64,000 nt of DNA from the human T2T-CHM13v2.0 reference genome, Homo sapiens. A program made the translations under genes and the position numbers. The notes below the pieces were generated by a model. It ran no database searches, was not told where the DNA came from, and saw only the letters and a program-made list of their open reading frames with translations. Positions 16,538 through 35,840 of this stretch are shown here, piece by piece. The stretch is from assembly GCF_009914755.1 (NCBI RefSeq), contig NC_060946.1. The stretch is one strand, 5' to 3'. How positions within the stretch are numbered: position 1 is the stretch's first letter; every line of letters begins with the position of its first letter.

Positions 16538-17368
16538 ATTATAAGCTTTTTAGAAAGGATTTTTTCTAAGGGTGGGGTTTCTGAGTCACTGAAATAATTT
16601 GCCATCCCTGACCTTGGACTGTTACACCATTTTTCCTTTGACCTTTGATCTGTGATGAAGTAACTTCTGGAAGTGAGATATCAGGAGTTATGTTCTTGTT
16701 GGTTTACACGTTATTTTTTACAAGAACTCTATAAACTAGATTTTATCAGTTCTTTTTTATAGGAGAAGAAACAGATTTGTAGATACATAAAGTGATTAAG
16801 TGATTTGTCCAGAGTCACACAACTTGGATGGCAGAACTGGAGCTTGAACCCAGGTCTCTTGACCTTTAAGTTCAGTTCTCTACTCACTGTATGGGAGACC
16901 CGGAAGGAGATTCTTTTGGTGTGTCACATAGCCTTACCATTGCTCTGTCCTATGTAACGTCATCAATTATGTGAATTATCTGACATTACAAGAGTCAGAA
17001 GGTGTCGTAGAGATGCCTTAGAGTCCAACTTCCTTTTTATTGTAGATGAGAATACTGGGTGGCCAAGTGACTTAGATTGAAGACAGCACTTGTTAGAAGG
17101 AAGACTAATGGGTTTCAAGTCAAAGTCAGAATTTAAAATATCCTGAAGGCTGGAACCTTGGGCTGATTTACCAAATAAAAATTTTAACAGATAAAGGTTT
17201 AGATTTTTTAGAATACAGATTACACAGCAATGAAGAGGAAACGCTGGGCATGGTGATGTGCTCCTGTAATGCCAGCAACTTGGGAGGCTGAGGCGGAGCT
17301 CAGGCTGTAGTGTGCTATGATAGAGAAAAAAAATTAAGAAGAAAAGGAAAGAAGTGGGATGTTGCTTA

Positions 17369-17847
<479 letters not shown>

Positions 17848-18639
17848 TTAGATTAAGGTAGGAGCAGCTCAGTTTCTAGATCGAGGGAAATAATAGTCTT
17901 GCTGAGCTCTGTGCTTGCCAGACCAGATCTGTCTTGTATCTGTGCCCACTTCCGAGGTGCCTGTCATACTTTGATGCCAGTGGGTACAGGGTACTGAAAT
18001 CTGGAGGAGTGGATGGGGAATGTGTGGTGCTGACTTGGAAGGAGGGCCAGTTTAGGGAAGCTCCATGGTGGTCTTCAGATACTGGGGGAGTTGTGGAGTG
18101 AGAGTGGTACTTTTATTTTGAACATAAAGCTTAGATTAAGGGAGAGCAAAGACATTACAGGGAATTAGATGCCCATTCTGTTTTCCTCATTCCTGACCCT
18201 CCCATTCTGTATCTTCAGTACAGCAGCGCAGGTTAGTCTTTGGGAACTGCAAGTCACGTTATAGGACTGCACGGCTTTTATTCACCGTCCTGTGTCACAT
18301 GAAGTCCAGGGCTTGACTGGTCTTCTGGCCCTTGCCGACAAGTCCTCATTTTGACATTTCTGTATTCTAGCCATACTGTATTCTAGCCAAGTCATTAGAG
18401 TTCTTCAGTTGAACCTGTGTTTACTCTCATACCTTCGAGGTGTACCTCCTACTTTGTTGCCCAAAGTAAGGCAGAACTGGGGATCTTTCTGCTCCCATTG
18501 TATCCTGTACATATACTTGCCCTGTTTTTTGTTTTTTAAAGTAGGTTCATAAAGGATGGGGACATATTTTGTTCATTTACATGTCCTGTTTATTCCTGTA
18601 GACTGTGAACTCCTTGAAAGTAGGTATTTTTGTCCTAGT

Positions 18640-18945
18640 CTTTTTTTTTTTTTTTTTTTTTTGAGATGGAGTCTCGCTCTGTTGCCCAGGCTGGAGTGCA
18701 GCGGCATGGTATAGGCTCACTGCAACCTCTGCCTGCTGGGTTCAAGTGATTCTCCTGCCTCAGCCTCCTGAGTAGCTGGGATTACAGGTGCCCACCACCA
18801 CACCCAGCTAATTTTTTATATTTTTGGTAGAGACAGGGTTTCACCATGTTGGCTAGGCTGGTCTCAAACTTCTGACCTCAAGTGATCCACCTGTCTCGGC
18901 CTCCCAGAGTGCTGGGATTAGAGGCGTGAGCCACTGTGGCCGGCC
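18640..18945 (-). mobile_element. AluS element
   Basis: Reverse Alu; TSD TGTCCTAGTCTT. Confidence 0.93.
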
Positions 18946-19619
18946 TGTCCTAGTCTTTATATGCCCATATATTTCCTTGACTAGGTTCCCAGAGAATTGG
19001 TGCTTGGCTTGCCTGGACACGGAATAAACGTTTATTGATAAATAAATGTTGTGCCCACAATGACTTGTCTCATAACTTTTTAGTAGTCAGGATCCTCCCA
19101 CAGTAGACTCTTGTAACTACAAGAATGTTTTTTTGTCGATGTTGCACGTAGAGTTTCCTGTAAAATGGCTTCCAAGATATTTTTCATTTCTAGTAAAGAG
19201 TCTGTGAGCCGAGTTTTAAATAGTATTATGTCTACCTTACGTGGTAGGTAAGAGATAGCCCTTTGTTTTCCTCAGGAGGTTTTAATTATATGATCTCCTT
19301 GTAGAAGTAAAGGAAACTCTGGAGCTTCCTGTGTGGCTGTGAATGTGTAATTAGCTTTGGGCAGGGCTCCCAGAGCTGTGAACCCTGTCCTGAGGAGCAC
19401 TGGGACATTCTAGTGAGCGTTCAGGCCACCCAGATTGCAGCCTTGTAAATGAAGGGTTTATTTCTCTAATGAGAGTGGTTTGTGTCTTCACCCAAATAAT
19501 ATTTTAATATTAAATTATGACAAATATTTTAAATTTAAAAGTAGATATACATAAATTAGTATGATTTTTAAAATAATTTCAGTAATTGTTTAAAAAAGTA
19601 ATTTTAATACATGTCAATA

Positions 19620-19760
19620 ATTTATTTTAGACTCAAGGGGTACACGCACAGGTTTGTTGCATGGGTATGTTGCACGATGCTGAGGTTTGGGGTACGGATC
19701 CCGTCACCCAGGTAGTGAGCATAGTTTTTCAACTCATGCCCATCCCTCATTCCCTTCTTC
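19620..19760 (-). mobile_element. Short L1P 3'-end fragment
   Basis: GGGGTACACGCACAGGTTTGTTGCATGGGT...GTAGTGAGCATAG. Confidence 0.7.
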
Positions 19761-19925
19761 CAATTAGTATGATTACAACTAAGAATTTTACTTTTACAGC
19801 TCTAATTTAATACATATTGATCTAGACCTGACAATAAATATTCTGCTCTAAGAAAGGTTTTATGTTAAATAACATGGTAGTTAGTCCCTTCAAAATAAAA
19901 AATGTTGATTAAGAATACCAGCAAG

Positions 19926-20215
<290 letters not shown>

Positions 20216-21199
20216 GTATACCAGCACTGATGACAACATTGGACAAGTAGACAGATCTAGAAGGGGCAGGTTGAGCTGTGTAGTTTTAGTGTTGTTATGG
20301 TTTGTTTATATGTTGTGAAATATTCATTGAGATCAAAATCTGGCATTCCTAACTTGTGTTATGTGTATGTTGGAGGCCATATGGAGTGGCAGAAGTGAAG
20401 TGGGGTTTGAATTCAGACCGTTGTTCCTCAAGAATGAATTGACCTGGAGAGAATTACTTGCAATCTCTGATCCTTAGTTCCTTCATCTAGACATACCCAC
20501 CTGGGATCATGTGAGGATCCAGTGAACTGTACAAGGCACCGCACAGGACATGGTGCTTGCTGCCTGGGAGAGGCTCAAGGCCTTCAGTGCCTTTCCCTGT
20601 TATTTTGGGAGTAGTGCATCTATTTTGATGTTTTTAAGAAACACTGTTTGACAAATACATGAGGCATACTTCATGGACTATTGTTTCAGATTATTCTTAG
20701 AACACAGAGGCAGGATCCACAATGTTTTTATGAGGAGAGCTACTTTTTGTTCCCCCAAACCTTGACTTTCCTGGACTAGAGGTCTCAGTGATGTGTGCTG
20801 ATGTGACACCCTTGAGCAAAGTTGGAGAAGAGAGAGTGGTAATTTCCACCACCTCCCCTTCTCCAAGACACTGGAAGTGCTGTGAACTGTGCTCCTTCGC
20901 TCCTCTGCTCTGTAATCTCTACCTGGAGGGCTCTAGAGGGGCTCTAGGGAGGAGTGTCAGCCAGTGATTCCTCTGTCTCGACCAGGTAGGGACCCAGGAT
21001 CTTCTGGTGAATTCTAATTTGTTTTTTTATGAGCCTGAGGGTCATTTAAGGAATTTGTGGAAGCACTTGTGATTGTCTCAATGGTTGGTGGGTGCTATAG
21101 GCATTTATTTAATAGGTAGGGCCCATGGAATTCAAGGCTTAGTGTGGTGACAGTTCTGTAAAATAGAACTTTTCCTATGATCTGCACAGCTTTAGAATA

Positions 21200-21491
21200 T
21201 CTTTTTTTTTTTTTTTTCTGAGACCAAGTCTTACTCTGTCACCCAGGACAGAGTGTAGTGGTGTGATCCCAGCTCACTGCAACCCGGGTTCAAGCGATTG
21301 TCCTGCCTCAGCCTCCCAAGTAGCTGGAATTAAGAGATGTGCCACCACGCTCGGCTAATTTTTGTATTTTTAGTAGAGGCGGAGTTTCACCATGTTGACC
21401 AGGCTGTTCTCGAACTCCTGACCTCAGGGGATCCATCCACCTCGGCCTCCCAAAGTGCTGGGATTACAAGCATGAGCCACTGCGCCTGGCC
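21200..21491 (-). mobile_element. AluS element
   Basis: Reverse Alu; TSD TAGAATATCTT. Confidence 0.92.
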
Positions 21492-21678
21492 TAGAATATC
21501 TTGATGAATAACTTATGTAGATAGAAAAAAACTGTTTAAGGCTGAACCTATAACTGAATTCCATTTTACATAAAGGATTTTTTAAAATGTAATTTTAGTA
21601 GAAATGGAAATTTCAGGAAATGGGATTAATCTAGACTTTGAAGGGAAATTATCTCATTTTGTTCTTGGTTTTACTAAG

Positions 21679-23198
21679 TGTATTACTAGTCTTGGTTCTC
21701 TCAAGAAACAGAACCGATAGCATATATATATATATGTCTCCAGTAGGAAAGAGTGAGATATGTTTATATATATATAGTATATTTAACTATATTTAACCAA
21801 TATATATGATTGTATCATGTGCATCCTATTGGTTCTGTTTCTCTGGAGAAAATACAAGTATTCACCAGTTGCCCTTTATCTATGGTTTTGCTTTCCATGC
21901 TTTGAGTACCTCATGGTCAACCAAGGTCTGAAAATATTAAATGGAAAAATTCCTGAAACAAACAGTTGGTAAGTTTTAAATTGTGGACTGTTCTGAATGA
22001 CATGATGAAATCTTGTGCGGTCTCATTGTCACACCTGGAAGATGAGTCCTCACTTTGTCCGATGTATCCATGCTGTGTGTGCTGCCTGCCCATTAGTCCC
22101 TTAGTCTTGGTTATCAGGTTAACTGTCTGGTATCACAGTGCTTGTAACCCTTATTTCACTTAATAATGGACCCACAGTGCAGGAGTAGTGATGCTAGCAT
22201 ATTGTATTATTGCTTACTTTATTATTAGTTATTGTTGTTAATCTCCTACTGTGCCTAATTTATCAACTTAACTTTATCATAGGTGGTATGTATACATGGT
22301 CCCCAACTTACTGTGGTTCGACCTAAAATTTTTCAACTTTATGATGGCATGAAACTGTCACATTTTTAATGTAATGTATAATATTCAATAAATTACATGA
22401 GGTGTTCAATACTTTATTATAAAATAGGCTTCATGTTAGATGATTTTTGTCCACCTATAGGTTAATGTAAGTGGTCTGAGCATGTTTAAGATAGGCTAGG
22501 CTAAGCTATGACGTTCAGTAGGTAAAGTGTATTAAATGCATTTTTGACTCATGATATTTTCAACTTAATGATATTTTTATTCCATCATAAGTTGAGCAGC
22601 ATCTTTATGTATAGGCAAAAACACAGTATATATGGAGTTGGGCAATATCTGCATTTTTAGGCATCCGTAGGGGTTCTTGAAACATATCCCCCTCGGATAA
22701 AGGGGAAGCATTCTATATATAACAAGATCCTTATTAAAAGAATTGGCTCATGCAATTATGGAGGCTGAGAAGTCCCAAGATCTGCAGTTGGCCAGCTAGA
22801 GATCCAGGAGAGCTGATGGTGTCATTCTGGTCTGGCTCTGAAGGCCTCAAAACCTGGAGTGCCACCCATGTAAGTTTCTGTCTGAAATCCAGCAGGCTTT
22901 AGACCCAAGGAAAACCAATGTTTGTTTCAGTTTGAGTCGGACGGCAAGCAGAGATGTCCCAGCTCAGCAGTCAGGTGGGAGGGGCTCCCTCTTACTTAGC
23001 CTTTTTGTTCTATTCAGGTCTACAGTTGATGAGATGAGGTCCTCCCACATTAGGGAAGTTAATCTGCTTTAGACAGTCCATTGAGTAAAATGTTAATTTC
23101 ATCCAGAAACACCCTCACAGAGACACCCAGAGTGATATTTGACCAAAAGTCTGGGCACCCCATGATGCAGTCAGAAGACACATAAATTAACCATCACA
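21679..23198. mobile_element. MLT2-type ERV-L LTR containing nested MER44 (~21866-22712) and MER47 (~22292-22605) Tigger-derived elements
   Basis: MLT2 end motif AGAAACAGAACC.ATAG, resuming near 22740 (GAATTGGCTCATGCAATTATGGAGGCTGAGAAGTCC) to TTAACCATCACA; MER44 text GGTCTGAAAATATTAAATGGAAA; MER47 text AGGCTAGGCTAAGCTATGA. Confidence 0.75.
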
Positions 23199-23539
23199 CT
23201 AAGAGTGATTCATCTTTTTAGGTAAATGAAGAATCAATCACATTATTGATAGCATTCATGATAGGTAGTGTGGTATCTGAGTTGCCAAAATGACATACCC
23301 AAATGAAGAGCGTTTGTAGCTGTGAAATTCAGTGATTCAACTTAGAGATGTGGATTTCTGACCATTCTGCCTGAAAATTTACATATTGAAATTTATATTT
23401 ATTAAAAATGGTTTTTATATTATAGTTGCTGTGTTAAGTAGATATTTTTGGAAGATATATCTAATAAATAAGTTATTTCTGAATTTCATTTCAGGATAAT
23501 AAAGGTATATTTTCAATAGTTTTTAAAGAAAGGGGATGA

Positions 23540-23690
23540 GGCATGATAGTTCACACCTGTAATCCCAGCTACTCGGGAGGCTCATTGGGAGGATCCAATG
23601 AGCTTGGAAGGTCAAGGCTACAGTGAGCCATGATTGCACCACTGGACTTCAGCATGGGTAACAGAGTAAGACCCTGTTTCAAAAAAAAAA
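23540..23690 (+). mobile_element. Alu right-arm/FRAM-like monomer
   Basis: Single monomer with A tail. Confidence 0.8.
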
Positions 23691-23929
23691 GGTGCGCAGG
23701 GGGTATTTGGGTCTGATATGGCAAAGAACCGGCGGTCTAAGTGATCTCAAGCTGCCAGCCTCCTTGAGCAGTCTGCATCTCAGCATCTTTAAAGCTTTGA
23801 CTGTGTTTCTTTTCTCCGCTTGGACCTCTGCAAAACCGTAGTCTTTCTTCTTATCAGGTCTTTCACAGTGTTGGGATATATTTTCCAGAAATGTTTGTTC
23901 GATGTTGTTCATTAGGTTGTTTTTTGTCT

Positions 23930-27790
<3,861 letters not shown>

Positions 27791-27792
27791 GG

Positions 27793-28128
27793 GAATCTTA
27801 AAAAGTTTAATACATGGAAGCAGGGTAGAATTGTGCTTACCAGGGACAGGGAGGTGGGAGAAAAGGGGATCTGTCAGTCCAAGAGTACAAAGTTGCAGTT
27901 ATGTGATTATAGTCAGTAATACTGTATACTGCAAATTTGTGAAGAGACTATATTTCAGGTGCTGTCATCTAACTATATGAGAAGATAGATGTGCTCATTA
28001 GTTTGTAGTAATTATTTAACTATGTGTATATATATGTACACACACAAACACATATATACATTTTCATATATATGAATCAAAACAGGCTGTCCACTTAAAT
28101 ATATTCAATTTTATTTTAAAAATAAAAA
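27793..28128 (+). mobile_element. L1M(A) 3' end, sense orientation
   Basis: GTACAAAGTTGCAGTTATG...AATAAAAA 3'UTR text. Confidence 0.7.
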
Positions 28129-28842
28129 TGAGACAAAGAAAAAAAGCATGCATATAGTCTTAAACTCAATTACCAATATATATAAGTGCACAGCTAATCA
28201 GAGCAGTGAATTAAATGTCAGTTATATTTGTTTATATTGTAACATTTCATTTTCGTATGTTTTCTATTTATAATTATGAAAATATTTAAAGAGTTCACAA
28301 TGGAACTATATATTAAATATTCTCAACATATTTTAGAAGTGATGAATGTTACAAGTTTTAGGTCATAGTCACTGTAAGAATGTGCCCTTGGGAAGTGTTA
28401 TCTTCTGTTGGTTTGTATTTTAAAACATGCACCACTACCAAGAGAGAGCCTGGGTTTTTCTAATGTTTACCCACCATAAATAATGTTATAATGAATGCCT
28501 CTGATCCTATATCACTATGAGCAATTAAGCATATTTCTGACAGATAGCTTCTCAGATTTGGAATTGCTGATCCAAAATCAATGCATTCCAGAAGTTAGCC
28601 CAGTTCTAGGACTGGCAGAGGGAGAGAGCCTGAAGGAAACTTTGGCCTTGGGGTGGAGCTCAAAGGGGAGAGGTGCACTCCCCATGGGCATAAGTGGGGG
28701 ATACCTATACCCAAACTTTCACAGGTACCTAGTACCCCTAAACCCAGGGAGTCTTTTCTGTCTATTCTGATTGCATAGGTGCATGATGGTGTCTTTCTCT
28801 CCATTAGTTAACGTTTACTTTCTCGGTTCTAAAACTAGTTCT

Positions 28843-29151
<309 letters not shown>

Positions 29152-29441
29152 TCATCTCTTCTTCCACAGTTTGTCTATGTGGGTTTGTAGCTTTAAAAAC
29201 TTTATTTCATGGTTTTTTTTTTTTAAGGATAATTGGCGGGGGGAAATAAAAAATTTTGGATCCCTCTTCTTTCACAGGAAGTGGTGAACGATTTTTCATT
29301 TACACAAACATTTAAAAACAATTTTTTCTACCTTTTGACAGCTACATTGCTTCCCATAGTGTAATACTCAATAAATTATTTAACCATCTACTATTGTTAG
29401 CCATTCAAATCATTTCCTATTTTATACTATTGTCAACTTCA

Positions 29442-30378
<937 letters not shown>

Positions 30379-31824
30379 AAAAATAGCTAGGGCAAAAGAG
30401 ATGCCCCTTTGAAATGTTAGGATAGATTTTGCCAAATTGCCCCCAAGAAAGCTTGAACTAATTGATCTCTCACATCAATGGTGAAAGTTCCTGGTTTTCT
30501 ATATTCTTGCCACTAGGCACTACCACTGAAAGAATAGTGGTAAAGATCCTTGCAAATTCAATAGGTGCCATTTGGATATCTGGTTTGAATTTGCGTGTCT
30601 TGGTGTGCATGCTACTGATCTGTGAAAATGGTATTTTGTGGATGTGAAGACCCCTTGGAGCCTGGCTGGTGGGATGGAGAGGACTGTGGACTGTACCCAC
30701 CCTGATGTGCTCCTGGCCTCCATGGAAGGACAGCTATGTGGGAAGTTTCAGAAGGGCTACAACTTCCCCACCCCAGCTGTGACCCAGCCCACAAAGGATT
30801 CTAGAGATTTAGTCCCTTGCATGACCTTCTAAAGTGAGAACATAGGGCCAGCATCAGTAGCTCCTGGGATTTGGGTAGACCTTTCTACAGTCCAGCTTTT
30901 TGGAGAAGCTTAATGTCATTTATGCTTGCTGAGTCCTGTGTAAGCCCCAAAGCCAAGCTTTTGCAAGCATAGGACTTAGGCACCTTTAAAAAGGAGTTGT
31001 TTACCTTCTACCCTCCTGAAGAGTGTGTAGGAGTTTCCCTTTGAGAATAACCACTGGTCCCTTCAGATGGCTTGGCTGCTTCTGCCAGGCTCTACTTTTG
31101 GAAATGCCCTTCATCGTGTCAGTCTCAGAATTAAAGACTTTCAGCTTCTCCTCCCCATTGTCCAGGGATGAAGTCTGTTCTCCTTAGCTTGGCATTGAAG
31201 CTCTCTGTCTTCCATTCACCCTTCCAGTCCAACTGGCCTCCCCAAGAAGCCCCTGAATCTGCCTTGTACCAATGTTAATTTCTTCTCTGCCTCTCCAAAT
31301 TTTGCCCATGTCTCAATACCCGGTACCATCAAGAGACATCACAGTTTTGGGCATTGAGATATATGAACACTGACAGTTCTCAGGGCAAGAAAACACACAG
31401 CACATGCCTCTCTATGGAGGCCACTCTATTCACCTGGATGCTTACAATGTAATCTATAGTTTGAATTTACAGGGCTCTTTCCAGATTATAATTCAATCTT
31501 AACTTCTCTGAGTCTAAATTTTTACATTGCTTTCTGAATCATCTTTGTTACCATTTTATTCTTAACAGGCTAAAGGAAGGGTTAATAGAGTAGTGCTAAC
31601 AAATAGGATCTGGGTTTATAATCAGGCTTTTGTGATTTGAATCAAAGAAACACAAAAACTTAGTGTTTATCAGAGTGTAGTGCACTTATTCCTGGAGTTA
31701 TGCGAGATCATTTTAGATGGCATAGAAACTATAAAGCACTTATAGAATGGATGTGTATTTATTTTGCTGTGCATTAGGAAAAAAAAAACACCTTACTATC
31801 GAGTCCATGGTTTAATGGATATTA

Positions 31825-32462
31825 CCTGTGGCAAGGATTGCTGGCAATCTGTTAAAATCTGTCCCACCTTCCTTGGTACACGGCCAGATTACATTTTCCA
31901 GCCTTGGTTGCAATTAGATTGACCACGTGAATAAGTTCTCACCAATGGACTCTGAGTGGGAGTGAAGAGTGCCACAGCCAGGTCTGGCCCATACAAATGC
32001 TCCATGGTCACACTTCTGCTCCTGCCTGTTCCAGGTGATGGGGAATTGACACCTATGGCAACTTTAGAAACCATGAGTTAAGGATGGCAAAGACACCGTA
32101 GTCTAGATTAGGAGTGAGTAAACTAGAGCCTAAGGGCCAAATCTGGCCCACTGTCTTTTTAAAAATAAAGTTTTATTGAAGAACAGCCATGCCTGTTTGC
32201 ATAGGTATTGTTTAAGGGCTACCTTCACTACCACAGCAGTTGTCACAGACAGCCCATGGCCTGCAAAGCCCGAAGTACGTACTATCTGGCCCTTTTATAG
32301 GGAAAGTTTGCTGACACCTTAATTTCAATCTCTGAATGACCATATGGAGGACAGCCACCTTATTGACCTGAACAACATTCTAGTCCTTTACCTAAGCGAA
32401 AAATAAGCCATTGAAATTCTGGGCCTATTTGCTACCATAGTCTACCCTGCTCTCACTAATAA
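31825..32462. mobile_element. MLT1-type MaLR LTR interrupted by a MER58A-like element (~32105-32320)
   Basis: ACATTTTCCAGCCTTGGTTGCAATTAG (MLT1) and GGGCCAAATCTGGCCCACTG...ACTATCTGGCCCTTT (MER58). Confidence 0.65.
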
Positions 32463-34146
32463 GTCTTGCTCAGCAGTCTCAGGGTGATTGCCTGATGAAT
32501 GTACATGACCCGACTTCCAGTTGTTTGAGCCAATGAGGCTGACTAGTTATGCCCACGGGAGTACAGGTCTCTTCTCTACGACCCACCACCAGGCCAAAAT
32601 TTCCTCTAGATGCTCTGACCAGTCAGTCCTAGGACCTGATTGACTCCAGGGAGTCTGACCCCCTAAGTATAACACAACATCATGGGCCTGGGAAGGTATA
32701 AACATAATACAACTCCTGCCCAATGAACTGAATGTTAACAGGAAGATGTTCCCTGAAGCTCAAGGAAATGACTTTGGTGACAATGACCCTTGCCAGAGCC
32801 AATGCCTTGTCACCTACCTGGTGGTCATGATGGCGATCAAGGGTGTCCCTGCTTTCATGTAACTAACTTGCCTTCAATGGTTCGCTTTTCCCATTAAGTG
32901 ACTTTTTTTCAGTTATATACTTTTGTAAACTAGAAGTGTTTTTACTGTCATTTCTTTATGTACTTTTTATTTTTACCATCAATTTAATTTAAAAAACTGC
33001 ACTCACACATTTTCCATGCATACCTCTAATTATTGCAGGTTATACAGGTCTTGCACTTATGGAAATGGTATAAAGTCTCCTTTTTGAGTGAACATGTTGA
33101 AGTAAAAAGAGTTACTTCATTTAAAGAAAACTGCTCATAGAAGTACAGATGATACGCTGATAAGGCAAAAAACCACGATATTAGTATGAGAATAACTGAG
33201 GTTCCAGAAACACTGCATATGCCTAGGCTGTGGTGGAGAATGTCATAGAATCCTGGATTCATAGAGTGCAGAGCCACAGTGAAGGGTGCTTGAGAGAGCC
33301 CCTCCCCCAGAGCAACCCCGTCTTTCCACAAGGAATCCCCAAATGTCACCCAGTGGATTCTCAGACTTCTGTCTTCCAGTTCAGTGTTCTCCACCACAAA
33401 ATCTACACCTGATCAATCCCATGGTTCACAGACAAAGCTGAGTAAGGGGCCCAGTAGGACATGGGCTTGCTGTGGCCCAATGCCTGCTCTAATATGTGCT
33501 GTCCATATATCTGCTGGGGTAAATTGATGGAGGTGGAGAGGTTTGGGGGAGTTCATTTGAAGCCCCCAGATATGCCCACTCTCCCAAGTCCTACCCAACT
33601 GCTTAGAAGTTAAGGCCAGTTCCTAGGATTTTACTCTGCACATCATGTAATTCCACATGGGAAACCAGAGGGTGTTCCCCAGAAAAAAGCAATAACCCCA
33701 ACCAACTGCCACTTAAACAAGAGACATACTGCTTACAGCTGAAGTGGTGCCAGAGGTGTTACACGTATTAAACAAAAATGAGATCTATTGTGAGGCTTGG
33801 TATGCTCCAGCCTCACCCATCACAATCTGCAGAGTCATCACGAACCAGAAATTGGCTTCAGAGGCTGCAGCCAGACCCTGGCAAAACCCAGGAGTGGCCA
33901 AAAGATTCTCTGTTTGCAGAATTGGCTAGTGTCACAAGCGGGCATGTGATTGAGCAGTGGATCAAGAGAAGAACTAATCCTTACCTTTTATATTTTGCGA
34001 ACACAGCACCGTAAAGTCTTCATAGGCCAAGAGCCAGGGCCGTTTCCCGGGTTGCAAAGGTCAGCTGGCTAGGGCAACAGGCAGGATGGTTAACAGGCAC
34101 GTGTGTGTGCGTGTGTGTGTTGTGCTGAGTGAGTGAGACTAGCCTT

Positions 34147-34753
34147 GCGGATGTGTGGTGGTATTGTGGTGGACCTTTACTGGACACTCTGCCGGAAAAC
34201 TGAAGTGGCACTTGTGCTTTAGTCCAGCTGGATATCCCTTTCACCCTGGCAATTCATCAACCAGAGGAAGGAAAAATAAGACGTCGTAAAGTGAGAGAAG
34301 TCCCTTATGAGTCTTTCGACTCTCACGTCTAATTAGGCGCAATTGGAGTCCCACGGGGAATACCAGATCAGTTTGAAGCCCGAAATCAAATAGCTGCAGG
34401 ATTTGAGTCAATATTTTGGTGGGTGGACAATTAACCAAAATGCAGACTGGATAAACTACATCTATTACAACCAGCAGCGACTTATTAACTACACTAGAGA
34501 TGCTGTTAAAGGAATAGCTGAGCAATTAGGGGCTACTACCAGATGGCTTGGGAAAATAGCCTTAGACATGATATTAGCAGAAAGGGGAGGGGTTTGCGTC
34601 ATGATTAAAACTCAATGTTGCACCTTCATCCCAAACACCACCACCCCTAAGGGAAGTATAACAAAGGTATCGCAAGGTCGGACTGCTCTATCCAATGAGT
34701 TAGCCAGCAACTCAGGGGTAAATGACCCCTTTACAGGATGGCTAGAAAAGTAG
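34147..34753 (+). mobile_element. Degenerate class I ERV env fragment (end of SU plus TM ectodomain; HERV-I/IP- or ERV-Pb-like)
   Basis: Hand translation gives ADVWWYCGG...RRRKVR (furin-like, 34279-34296)...AIGVPRG...ARNQIAAGFES...WINYIYYNQQR...IALDMILAERGGVCVMIKTQCC (CX6CC at 34595-34621). In-frame stops at 34201 and 34330 plus frameshifts. Confidence 0.9.
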
Positions 34754-35022
34754 TTCGGGAGGCCGAGGCAGGTGGATCATGAGGTCAGGAGTTTGAGACC
34801 AGCCTGGCCAACATGGTGAAACCCTGTCTCTACTAAAAATACAAAAAATTAGCCGGGCGTGGTGGTGCATGCCTGTAGTCCCAGCTACTCAAGAAGCTGA
34901 GGCAGAAGAATCTCTTGAACCCAAAGGCGGAGGTTGCAGTGAGCTAAGATTGCGCCATTGCACTCTAGCTTGGGTGACGAGTGAAACTCTGTCTCAAAAA
35001 CAAAACAAAACAAAACAAAACA
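34754..35022 (+). mobile_element. 5'-truncated AluS fused directly to the env fragment
   Basis: Begins at TTCGGGAGGCCGAGG, lacking the Alu 5' end; (CAAAA)n tail. Confidence 0.92.
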
Positions 35023-35024
35023 AT

Positions 35025-35840
35025 GAAAAAACACCATAATGTGATACTACTTCAAATCCATTAGAATAGTCATTATTTAAAAAACAGCAACAGAAAATAA
35101 CAAATGTTGGTGAAGATATTGAGAAATTGCAACCCTTGTGCATCGCTGGTAGGAATGTAAAATGGTGCAGACACAGTGGAGAACAACATGACAATTCTTC
35201 AAAAAATTAAACAAAGAATTACATATGATCTAGCAATTCTACCTCTGGCATATACCCCAAATAACTGAAAACAGGGACTTGAACAGATATTTCTACAACT
35301 ATGTTCATTGCAGCATTATAGCCAACAGCCAATTGTAGTCAATAGCCCATTGTTCATTGCACAATAGCCAAAAGGTGGAAACAATGCAAATGTCCGTTAA
35401 TGAATAAATGGATAAACAAAACATAATATATACATACAATGGAACATTATTTGGCCTTAAAAAAGAAGGAAATTCTGATGTATAGTATAGCATATAGGAA
35501 CCCTGAGACCTTATGCTATGTGAAATAAGCCAGCCAAAAGGACAAACATTTGTATGATTCCATTTGCATTGGGTAACCAAAGTCACTAAAGTAACTAAAA
35601 AGTCACAGAGACAGAAAGTGGAATGGTGGTTATTGGGGTCTGGGGGAAGGAGGTGTGAGGAGTTATTTGTAATAGGTACTGAGTTTCAGTTTGGGATGAT
35701 AAAAACATTCTGAAAATGTATAGTGGTGATGGTTGTACAACAATGTGAATGTATTTAATGCCATTGAACTATACACTTAAAATGGTTAAAATGGTAAATT
35801 TTTTATTAAGCATATTTAACCACAATTTTTAAAATTTAAA
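35025..35840 (+). mobile_element. L1MB-like 3' end
   Basis: ORF2 end and 3'UTR (TGTAAAATGGTGCAG...TACACTTAAAATGGTTAAAATGGTAAATT). Confidence 0.85.

Noticed and set aside
34403-34753. 116-aa ORF as a domesticated syncytin-like env gene
   Set aside because: It is only a TM fragment, with upstream stops and frameshifts, no signal peptide, and a stop before the membrane anchor.
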